This document shows, one piece after another, positions 18,896 to 27,047 of a stretch of DNA of 64,000 bases; position 1 is the first letter of the stretch; every line of letters begins with the position of its first letter. Origin of the DNA: Candidatus Woesearchaeota archaeon (GTDB lineage: Archaea > Nanobdellota > Nanobdellia > Woesearchaeales > UBA10216); the NCBI GenBank assembly GCA_016180065.1, contig JACPBY010000001.1, positions 30,633-94,632 of the forward strand, given 5' to 3'. Position numbers and translations under genes: made by a program. The notes under the pieces were generated by a model that did not search any database, was not told the origin of the DNA, and was given only the letters and a program-made list of their open reading frames with translations.

Positions 18896-20416
18896 CTAAT
18901 CAAAATCTTCAGTTTCACCTATGGCCGCCGGCGCGGGAGGGAGCAGGTCGCCAGAGGTTGCCGAGGCTTGTTTTAATCCTAATTCACAATCATCTTCGGC
19001 AAACACCAAGAAACCCTTGCCAACCGGCACAGCATCCTCGACTCTCATGCCCTTGTTAATGTGTGCCCATCTGGTGTTTTCTGCGTCATAGGAATAACCC
19101 ACAAAATCAGCCCCGCCAAACGTCTTGCAGGTGCCGAGCAGGTCTGAAAACCTTTTTCCTTCCCATTCGGGCTGGGCTGATACCATGTTCCAGCCTTTCT
19201 CTAAAGGAAACTGGTAGTCGGAAGGAAAACCCGTCACGCTACGCACACTGCAGGCATCGCCCAGGTTGTAGAGCCAGACCGCCTTGAAAAGCCTAAACGA
19301 CTGGCCTGGGCTAAGCGCATCAGTCAGAATAGCTGTATCATAATCACTAATCCGAGGATTCCATGAATGAACAGCCCTGTCAATCTTGCTTTTCTGGCAA
19401 CTGGTTGACTTAAGGTAATACAGCATGTCTGCTCCGACAATGTTCCAGCCAGGGGATATTGCGACAGGAAAGCCTTTTTCCGCTTTATCCTTCGCTTCCC
19501 CAGCTGCGCTGCATTTTGCTTCGCATGCCGCTGACTCGTACCATTCGTTGTTTATCGTGCATTGCGAAATGCAGGCTGCCCCGCCATCTTGTTCCACTTC
19601 ACATCTCTTGTCAGTGCACCTTTCCACAGCAGCATTTTGCAGGCAGAACCTGATGCCGTAAGGCAGGCTGTCAACTGCTGTCGTAAATGTCTTGAGCAAA
19701 ACAGTACCCCCTCCAATCTTTGCCGCGTCAAAATTCCCAAGCTCGTGGAAGTCAACAACCCTGACAACAGTTGCCTCAGAAGCGCCTTGGGGCAAAAGAG
19801 TTACTGTAAGCGTGCCAGCCAGGCTGCTGACTTTATCTGCCTTTATCCGGTAAGTCCTGCCGCCATGAACATAATCCTTTGTTTCCCCTTCCTTTATCAA
19901 AGCATTTTCGCCTTTCCCGCAGTCTGCCCGGCCTTCTGCAGCTTTCGCCTCGGCCGCAGCTTCCCTTGCATCCTTGCATTTTGCCTCGCATTCTGTTGGC
20001 TCGTACCATTCGTTGTTTATCGTGCATCTTGAGAGGCAGCCTATGCCGCTTGGGTCGCAATCCAGGTCAGTGCATAAGCGGGCTTGTTGAAGCTGTTTCT
20101 TCTTCTCCTCCTCTGCCTTCAGCTTTTTCTCATTAGCTGAAGCTATTTCCACCGCCTGGCATTTTCGCTCACAATCTGAAGAAGAATACCAATTGCCGTC
20201 TGTTGTGCACTGTGAAAAACAGACAGCCTCACCATTCGGGTCAGCATCACACTGCCGGTCAGTGCACCTTGCGCCGCTGACCTGCGCTCCAGTGATATGG
20301 CCTGTGCCGCTGGCCAGGCTGCCATACCAGTCAAAGACTGCCAGGGCAGCGAGCAGCACAACAGCGATTGCACCAACTTTTAACCTGCCAGAGCCGTCCA
20401 TCACTGAAACCTTCAT
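18896..20416 (-). CDS. Secreted protein with three Cys-rich repeats and GWN repeats
   Basis: Signal/TM segment followed by ITGAQV; CTD..C..C.S.CT...WY...CE.KC x3; PGWNIV and KGWNMV. Confidence 0.8.
   Translation of the reverse strand: MKVSVMDGSGRLKVGAIAVVLLAALAVFDWYGSLASGTGHITGAQVSGARCTDRQCDADPNGEAVCFSQCTTDGNWYSSSDCERKCQAVEIASANEKKLKAEEEKKKQLQQARLCTDLDCDPSGIGCLSRCTINNEWYEPTECEAKCKDAREAAAEAKAAEGRADCGKGENALIKEGETKDYVHGGRTYRIKADKVSSLAGTLTVTLLPQGASEATVVRVVDFHELGNFDAAKIGGGTVLLKTFTTAVDSLPYGIRFCLQNAAVERCTDKRCEVEQDGGAACISQCTINNEWYESAACEAKCSAAGEAKDKAEKGFPVAISPGWNIVGADMLYYLKSTSCQKSKIDRAVHSWNPRISDYDTAILTDALSPGQSFRLFKAVWLYNLGDACSVRSVTGFPSDYQFPLEKGWNMVSAQPEWEGKRFSDLLGTCKTFGGADFVGYSYDAENTRWAHINKGMRVEDAVPVGKGFLVFAEDDCELGLKQASATSGDLLPPAPAAIGETEDFD
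19535..20027. repeat. Exact 28-bp intragenic direct repeat (19535-19562 and 20000-20027)
   Basis: CTCGTACCATTCGTTGTTTATCGTGCAT present twice; encodes CTINNEWYE on the minus strand. Confidence 0.9.
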
Positions 20417-20494
20417 TCACACCTTTTTAACGTAGATTCTGAGCGCCCTGCTATTTAAACCTTTTTACAAAACTCTGCCGCAAAAAGAGAAATT

Positions 20495-21730
20495 TTAGCC
20501 ATCTATTAACAGCCCGCGGCTGCCAGAGCTGCTGCCAATTTGCGGTGCAGTTGGCACAGAAGGCGGTGCAGCAGGGTTTGGTTCAGGCTCCTGCTGCAGC
20601 TGCACTGGCTGTGAAGTGGTTGGCGCTTGTTGATTTTGTTGCGTTTGAGAGAACCCCTTCTCAACCCTTACAGGAACAGGCTCTGAAGTCTGGGTGTAGC
20701 CGTAGCTAAGCTCAACTTTAAGAGGAGTCACAAATGTTCCTGAGCCTTCATCAAAGTCATCGGCCTCGTAGCTGCACAGTATGTAATCATTAGCAAGGTT
20801 CCCTGAAAGGACCTTTTCGGTTTCGCTGCACCTGATGCCGCTGCCAAGCACCTTGCCGTTAAGCTCAACCTTTTCCAGCCTGACAATGTTAAGCTTGGGC
20901 TTGCCCTTATCATCGCCAGGTTTAGAAGATGAGCCTGAAGCTGCAGAAGGTGCGCCTGCCGTGCAGAACAAGCTCAGCCGGGTGCTGTCAATTATCAGCC
21001 CTTTCCCGATGTTGCCGATGAAAATCTTGAATTTCGGCTTTACCTTCTTGTTTGACTTCTCAGTCAGGATTTCTATCTTTTTCACAGCCACAGGCGCGCC
21101 CTGGCTTTTCAGCGCTATGGGAGCTTTGGCGTCGCAGACCTTTCTCTGCTTCTGGAAGCTTTGGGTTTGGGATGCATCTATGCAAACATTTGCAGTGAGC
21201 TTTGTGCCGTACTTGTAGCAAACAGTCGCCAGCAAAGCAGTATCTACACTATCATTGCTGTTCACAAACTCGTTTGCCTTCAGAACCAGGGTAACGCCCT
21301 CAACAGAGCCTGCAACCGTTTCGGGGGACTCCCTGCCAGTCATCGCATTTACTTCGATCAGTGGCAGTGGCTTTTTGAACTGAACTTTTTCAGTGTCCTC
21401 TGCCTCTGCGTTTTCCAGCGTAAAAGCCCCTTTAGTGTCCACGACAGTCACTATGGCTTCAGGGACTGCAACAGCCCCTTTGTTCGCCAGGACCAGCAAA
21501 ACCTCAGAAGAGCCACCTTCGCTTACCAGGCTTGGGACGCTTTCAGGCGAGAAAGCAGCGCTAAAGCCCTCCGCGCCAACATAAACATCAGGAACATCAA
21601 TGCCTGTGCCCTTCTTCCCCCCAAACCTGCCGCCAAACTGGGTGCAGCCAGCAGCCAAAAGCGCAACTGCAAGCAGGACTGCTATAAGGAAAGGGCGCAA
21701 ACGCAAGGCAGAGGCCTGAGCCATTTTCAT
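20495..21730 (-). CDS. Secreted lipoprotein-like surface protein (paralog of 17487-18860)
   Basis: Lipobox-like LLAAGC; CYKYGTKL..VC, GAPV, LSYGY; Q/P-rich tail. Confidence 0.8.
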   Translation of the reverse strand: MKMAQASALRLRPFLIAVLLAVALLAAGCTQFGGRFGGKKGTGIDVPDVYVGAEGFSAAFSPESVPSLVSEGGSSEVLLVLANKGAVAVPEAIVTVVDTKGAFTLENAEAEDTEKVQFKKPLPLIEVNAMTGRESPETVAGSVEGVTLVLKANEFVNSNDSVDTALLATVCYKYGTKLTANVCIDASQTQSFQKQRKVCDAKAPIALKSQGAPVAVKKIEILTEKSNKKVKPKFKIFIGNIGKGLIIDSTRLSLFCTAGAPSAASGSSSKPGDDKGKPKLNIVRLEKVELNGKVLGSGIRCSETEKVLSGNLANDYILCSYEADDFDEGSGTFVTPLKVELSYGYTQTSEPVPVRVEKGFSQTQQNQQAPTTSQPVQLQQEPEPNPAAPPSVPTAPQIGSSSGSRGLLIDG

Positions 21731-23874
21731 TCAGCTCCTTCAGCTTTCGGGCAGCCATCGTCGGGCTTATCATCAACACAGTCAGTCCACACGCCCCCTT
21801 CCTTGCATACCTGAGTGCCTGGGCACTCCTGCCCGTTAACAGCGAAATTGCAGTCTTTCTCTTTCCCAAGGACACATCCTTTGACCTCAAAGCTGGCTGC
21901 TTTCTTGGTTGAAAAAACGTATTTGGTATGCGCCTTAAACTGGGCTCCGACCCAGTCAGCACCGCCCAACACAGCCGGTGGGAGGAACATCTTGCAGCTG
22001 AACTGAACGCCATCACCAACAGGCCTTAACTCACCTGTTTTATCATTGCGCAGAATTTTTTGGGAAACCGTGTACGTTTTAGGGCCTCCAACGTTTTCAG
22101 GGTTGAGGTCCTCAAAATAGCTCTCTCTATCATTACTGCCTGCTTTGCTTCGGCTGCAAGCAGGGTCATTTGTCTTAAGGCTGGCGCCCCTCGGCAGGGT
22201 AAGCGTGAACTCCTCAATCCCTGCAAGCTCACCATCCCAGGCACCGCTTCCAGCTACAAAAATGACAAGGTTCACCACAGAGCCTTTAACAGTGTCCAGG
22301 CTAAAAGGCGAGGTTACCAGCTCAACAGGGCCCCAGGTTATCGCAACAGGACCGTTGTCATACTCAGCTTTTGCAGGAGGAATCTTGCTGACTTCAGCAG
22401 GGTCCTCACCTGCATCAAGAAGGGCTTCAATCTTACTTGAGCTCATAAACGCAGTGCTGAGGTCAGCATCTGCCTCAAAGCCGTACCTGACATCAAACTC
22501 AACAGTATGGGTTCCTTGTTCAAGGCTGTCAAACAGGCACTTTGCTGTCCTTGGCCTCTTGTAGCCAACAACAGCAGCAGGCTTTCCTTTTGACATTGCC
22601 ATGGTGAGGTCTTCGTCACTAAAAGGCTCAACAACCAGCCCCTCCGAGGCAGTTGACTCTTCATTGCAATCAATACCTACAATCCCTATCACCCTTTTAG
22701 CAGGGTCATCAACAGGCAAAGGATTTGGGACTGTCAGGATTATGCTTGGGGCTGCAGCTTCGTAAAACCCTTCCTGCATGTTGAACACCTTCGGCATGTT
22801 CGGGTCAGGAATAAGCTGAAGGCCCATCTTGGGCTGCTCCTTTGCCGTGCCAAAGCCAAAAGCCTCCCCAAGCTTTTCCTGTGCTGAAGCGATTGGAGCC
22901 CTGAGAAACTCCCCGGAAACAATCCGTTTGAAATTGCTCTTGAAGCTGTCTATAACACCCTGCTTGAGACTTTCTTCGGCTTCAGTCAGGCCTGCATGCG
23001 ATACATAAGCTGCCTTTATCTGCGGAAGGCTGGCTACAAGATAAAAAAGAATCAACGCTCCAAGGATTTTCCTCGCCGTCCTTGATTCAGGGTAAAATGC
23101 GAATATAGAATACATCAGAGGCAGGGGGAAAAGCATCCTGTTAAGCAGAAAGCCAGCTACGAACTGAATGTAGCCAAAGTTAGCCACATAGTCCAGAGCG
23201 CGCTCCCTTATCAGAGGAAGGCCGTATGTTTCAAACAGCATAAAAACCGGCAGCCACTTTATCGCTCCCGGGATTTGGAGATTAACATAAAAAAAGCCCG
23301 ACCCTATGAGAAACGCGATAAGCAGAATATTAGAACTTAGTATGCCGATGTCAAAATTGCCGTTCCACGCGTTCAGGAAACCGAAGATTGAATAAAAGTG
23401 CACCGAAGCGATTATTGCGCGCCAGAAAGTGATGGTCCTGGTGGTAAGCGCCAAAATAAAAAAGCCCCCTATGCCAAAACCCATGCGCAGCCACGCTGTC
23501 CTGCTGACGTCAAAGCCAGTTCTCCAATCAAAAAAGTAGAGCAATGCTGTAAAAACAACAATGCCGCTGGCAAGATTCTCAGGCTTCAGGTCAGCAAACC
23601 AGCCAAAAATCCCCTTGACCGGCGTCATGGCAGCCTGGCCAGCGGCAAAACCAACTCCTGTGGCAGCGCCCTGCAGGACCGGCCCGGCAGCACCGGCAGC
23701 CTTTGCGGCCAACGCAGCTTTCGGAGAAGCAACAGAACCTACAAACTTGGCAGCCCCGCCCAGGGCTGAGAAAATGCCTGTGTTAGGCGCGGCAGCGCTT
23801 CCAGTGTTTCGCATGCCCTGCGCAAGCCTCGCAAGATAGCTTGGGTCAATCGCCCCAGCACCAGCCATAGCCAC
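21727..23874 (-). CDS. Polytopic membrane protein with large extracellular domain and Cys-rich tail
   Basis: Gly/Ala-rich N-terminus, ~6-7 TM helices, NGPVAI motif, C-terminal C..G...C...C.G.QVC..GVW..C. Confidence 0.8.
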   Translation of the reverse strand: MAMAGAGAIDPSYLARLAQGMRNTGSAAAPNTGIFSALGGAAKFVGSVASPKAALAAKAAGAAGPVLQGAATGVGFAAGQAAMTPVKGIFGWFADLKPENLASGIVVFTALLYFFDWRTGFDVSRTAWLRMGFGIGGFFILALTTRTITFWRAIIASVHFYSIFGFLNAWNGNFDIGILSSNILLIAFLIGSGFFYVNLQIPGAIKWLPVFMLFETYGLPLIRERALDYVANFGYIQFVAGFLLNRMLFPLPLMYSIFAFYPESRTARKILGALILFYLVASLPQIKAAYVSHAGLTEAEESLKQGVIDSFKSNFKRIVSGEFLRAPIASAQEKLGEAFGFGTAKEQPKMGLQLIPDPNMPKVFNMQEGFYEAAAPSIILTVPNPLPVDDPAKRVIGIVGIDCNEESTASEGLVVEPFSDEDLTMAMSKGKPAAVVGYKRPRTAKCLFDSLEQGTHTVEFDVRYGFEADADLSTAFMSSSKIEALLDAGEDPAEVSKIPPAKAEYDNGPVAITWGPVELVTSPFSLDTVKGSVVNLVIFVAGSGAWDGELAGIEEFTLTLPRGASLKTNDPACSRSKAGSNDRESYFEDLNPENVGGPKTYTVSQKILRNDKTGELRPVGDGVQFSCKMFLPPAVLGGADWVGAQFKAHTKYVFSTKKAASFEVKGCVLGKEKDCNFAVNGQECPGTQVCKEGGVWTDCVDDKPDDGCPKAEGAE

Positions 23875-23890
23875 TTAACAGCACCTCTTT

Positions 23891-23916
23891 CAAAATTCAG
23901 CAGCAGCTGAATTTTG
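23891..23916. promoter_or_regulatory. Perfect 11-bp inverted repeat between TATA-like box and SD of 21727-23874
   Basis: CAAAATTCAGC-AGCA-GCTGAATTTTG. Confidence 0.5.
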
Positions 23917-23981
23917 GGTATAGCTCTTAAATTCAACGTTTAAAACCTTTTCCTTTAATCCAATGCTGCAGCATTGGATTA

Positions 23982-25193
23982 TCAGCTGCATTCCTCAGCC
24001 CTTCTGCAGTCAAGAAGTACATTGAGTTCCAGGATGTGCAAGGTGGTTTCGGGGACTATCCTCAGGAAGTTTGTGCCTGCCACAAGGAATGAGTCAATGT
24101 TTTTGGAGAAGTTTGCAGCCCTCGTGTCAAGCCTCGTTTTCTGGCTGTTGATTTCCAGATTAGCGGTTTTGCGTTCCTTGTCGTCAACAAACCTCAGCTG
24201 GAGACTGGAGTTTATTGTGTTGTTTTCAATCCTCCTGAACACGCTGCCGTTTACGCTGAAGAAATAAACTGGGAATATTGGCTCTTCCAGCTTTGTTCTG
24301 AGAACTATCCGGTCAAGCAGATAAGTGCCTTTTTCAGCCACAAAACTGATTTCATTCTTTCCAGCCACAATGTCTTTCGGATCAAGCTGCTGCCTCTCAG
24401 GAACGCCACAGTCAGGCACCTTTGACGCAATCAGGATGCCATTAAGGTTTACGGTAAGCTTGCCGACGTCCCTCACGTTGCAGTCAACAAAGTAGCTCAG
24501 GGATGCCTCTGACAGAAGGTTGGCTTCTTCCCCACCAATCACAAAAGTTTGCACTGCTTCCTTGTTTTCAAGGCGCTCAACTGTGGCAGTTACCTTGACA
24601 TCCCTGAGGTCGTAGAAGTTCTTTGAGAAAGGCTTATACCACGGCACAGGTTCTGTGGAGAACTCCAGAAGGTTCTCCTCCTTCAAGGCCAGGCTCAGCG
24701 GCTCTGTGAAGCTGTCAACCTCACCTGCAAAAATCTCGTTATCGTTAAGCTTTATGATGAGATTGCCTTTGTGGCTGGCAACAGAAAACGCAAGCTTTGC
24801 GTTCTCAACCTTGTCTTTTAAGGCAAGAATCAGCGATTTTCTCTTGTTTGTGCTTCGCGAAGTTTCGGCGTAAACAGAATCTGCGCTTTTCAAAACAATA
24901 TCCTCTTTCTTGGTGAAGAGGTTGAATGAAGGTATGCGGTGCTCAAACTCTTTCTCCTTAAGCCGCGTCAGGGTGCCGGGGTTTTCGCTAAGCAAGGTTG
25001 AGCCGCGCAGAGTGCCAGGCACAACAGCCCCCACAGGGGATGGTTCCTTATCGAGCATCTTGTCCCTGTCAGCCTTTGGCAGAAACAGGAGATACAACAG
25101 GATAAACCCTGCAATGGTTATGACCAGAATGGCAGCATTCGCCCCGCTAGGAGGTCCGGGAGGAGCCTGTGCCCTTTTTCCAAAACAAGCCAT
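23982..25193 (-). CDS. Membrane-anchored beta-rich protein with class III (prepilin-like) signal
   Basis: GKRAQ followed by hydrophobic helix AAILVITIAGFILLYLLFL; repeated ...G.N.(I/L).F beta modules. Confidence 0.75.
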   Translation of the reverse strand: MACFGKRAQAPPGPPSGANAAILVITIAGFILLYLLFLPKADRDKMLDKEPSPVGAVVPGTLRGSTLLSENPGTLTRLKEKEFEHRIPSFNLFTKKEDIVLKSADSVYAETSRSTNKRKSLILALKDKVENAKLAFSVASHKGNLIIKLNDNEIFAGEVDSFTEPLSLALKEENLLEFSTEPVPWYKPFSKNFYDLRDVKVTATVERLENKEAVQTFVIGGEEANLLSEASLSYFVDCNVRDVGKLTVNLNGILIASKVPDCGVPERQQLDPKDIVAGKNEISFVAEKGTYLLDRIVLRTKLEEPIFPVYFFSVNGSVFRRIENNTINSSLQLRFVDDKERKTANLEINSQKTRLDTRAANFSKNIDSFLVAGTNFLRIVPETTLHILELNVLLDCRRAEECS

Positions 25194-25253
25194 GCTTTAT
25201 TCTCCAGTAGATATATATTTAAATGTTTTCTTCTGATGCGCTCCTTGGAAATC

Positions 25254-25316
25254 CTTGCTTTCGAGGCTGCCTCGGTTTAGCTGACGCTAAACCAACTTAG
25301 CCTCCCCTTCAGCAAG
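25254..25316 (+). ncRNA. Structured element upstream of pelota, partly similar to the 9931-10070 element
   Basis: Nested stems CTTGCT/AGCAAG, GAGGCT/AGCCTC and GGTTTAGC/GCTAAACC. Confidence 0.45.
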
Positions 25317-25349
25317 CCGTTGAGAGTTTGCAAAAAGAAAAGGAACACC

Positions 25350-26384
25350 ATGAAACTCCTCAAAAAAGACCTGAAACACGGGAAGATGGTCGTTAAAGCG
25401 GAAAGCCTTGACGACCTGTGGCTCTTAGGGCAGACTGTGAGGCAGGGCGATGCAGTGGTTGGAAGGACAACGCGCAAGGTGAAGCTGGGAAGCTCAGAAG
25501 AGGCAGTCAAGAAAACATATGTCCTGCAGCTGGCTGTTGAAGGGGCCGAGTTCAAGGAACAAAGCGTGAGGATAAGCGGAAAAACAGCAGAACCGGCTGA
25601 AGACGTGCCAAAAGGCTCGTTCCATACCCTGGCTGTTGAACAAGGCGATGTTATCACCATTATTAAAGCCAAATGGCAGAAATACGAGCTTGACAGGCTG
25701 AACGAAGCAACACAACAACAGCTTAAAATCCTGATAGTGGTGTTTGACCGGGAAAGCTGCCTGCTTGCAAGGCTGAAAAGCCGCGGTTACGATGTTGTTT
25801 TAGAGCTGAAAGGAAAAGTAAGGAAGAAAGACTACAGCACAGCAAGCGTAACTAATTTCTACAAGGAGATAATAGCTTCAGTCAAGGACTACAGCGAGCG
25901 CAACAAGCCTGACAAAATCATCTTGGCAAGCCCGGCTTTCTGGAAAGAGGAGTTTTTAAACGAGATTAAAAACGACGCCGCAGCAGGATTGCTCAAGCAA
26001 AAGCTGGTCATGGCAACCTGCAGCAGTGTCGGTGAAAACGCAATAGAAGAAGTGCTGAAAAGGCCTGAAATGGAAACAGCCCTTGAATCAGCCGCCGCAG
26101 CGAAAGAACTCAAGCTGGTTGAAGAAGTGATGACAGAAATCGCAAAAGATGGCAATGCCGTGTATGGGGCAAAAGAAGTGGAAAATGCGGTGCTTGCAGG
26201 AGCAGCCGAAAAGCTGCTCATTACAGACACCAAAGTCTATAACAATCCCTGCAGCGAATTGCTAATGAAACAGGCAGAAGATAACGGCGGGAAAGTACTC
26301 ATAATAAACTCGGAAAACACCGCAGGCCAGAAGCTGGATGCCTTGGGAGGAATGGCAGCAATGCTGCGCTACAAACTTTATTGA
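25350..26384 (+). CDS. pelA: Pelota (Dom34) ribosome rescue factor
   Basis: ESLDDLW.L, T.RK, GSFHTL, ASPAFWK, AVYG..EV, LGGMAAMLRY. Confidence 0.94.
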   Translation: MKLLKKDLKHGKMVVKAESLDDLWLLGQTVRQGDAVVGRTTRKVKLGSSEEAVKKTYVLQLAVEGAEFKEQSVRISGKTAEPAEDVPKGSFHTLAVEQGDVITIIKAKWQKYELDRLNEATQQQLKILIVVFDRESCLLARLKSRGYDVVLELKGKVRKKDYSTASVTNFYKEIIASVKDYSERNKPDKIILASPAFWKEEFLNEIKNDAAAGLLKQKLVMATCSSVGENAIEEVLKRPEMETALESAAAAKELKLVEEVMTEIAKDGNAVYGAKEVENAVLAGAAEKLLITDTKVYNNPCSELLMKQAEDNGGKVLIINSENTAGQKLDALGGMAAMLRYKLY

Positions 26385-26449
26385 CTTTCCAGGGCGAAAC
26401 CACCAACACCATAAACTTTATATATTGAATATCATATCTAAGATTTAAA

Positions 26450-26689
26450 ATGTCGCTGGCTCACGTAACCAAAACTGGGAATGTATCAATACCGAAAGAG
26501 TGGCGCAAAGCCCTCGGCATTGAACCGAATTCAAATGTGATAATTCACAAGCTTGAGCGCAAGATAGTCATAGAGCCATTAAAGCAAGAAAAATTCCACG
26601 ATACTCTTGCTAAAATTGATGATGAAGTTAAAAAAAAGAAAATCACCTTTTCAAGAGAGGAAGCTGTCAAAGATGACTTCTACGATTAA
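26450..26689 (+). CDS. AbrB/MazE-type antitoxin (VapB-like)
   Basis: VTKTGNVSIPKEWRKALGI AbrB signature; overlaps the PIN gene. Confidence 0.88.
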   Translation: MSLAHVTKTGNVSIPKEWRKALGIEPNSNVIIHKLERKIVIEPLKQEKFHDTLAKIDDEVKKKKITFSREEAVKDDFYD

Positions 26690-27047
26690 ATTTATTGACG
26701 CCAACATATTCATCCTGAGGTGGAGCAATCCAAGAATCAAGGAATTCATTGATTCGCTAAGCGCCGAAGAACATTGCACTTCCGTTTTGGTCTTAGCTGA
26801 GGTTTACCATAAGTTAATGCAAAAAAATGTAGAAAACGTTTTTAATTACATAAGAGGAATAATGGGCACCATAACTATCTACGACTTTACGCAGGAAGAA
26901 TTATTCGACGCCATGAAAAATCCTTTAGACATAGGTATGAATGACAAAACACACATAGCTGTTATGAAAAACAGCAATATCAACACAATAATATCATTCG
27001 ACAAGGATTTTGACAGGGATAAAACAATCAGAAGAGAGGAACTATGA
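26673..27047 (+). CDS. vapC: PIN-domain toxin
   Basis: FIDANIF, LAEV, ND..H.A, ISFDKDFD. Confidence 0.9.
   Translation: MTSTIKFIDANIFILRWSNPRIKEFIDSLSAEEHCTSVLVLAEVYHKLMQKNVENVFNYIRGIMGTITIYDFTQEELFDAMKNPLDIGMNDKTHIAVMKNSNINTIISFDKDFDRDKTIRREEL

Noticed and set aside
19535..20027. 28-bp direct repeat as CRISPR repeat or att site
   Set aside because: Only two copies, both in frame within a repeated protein module.
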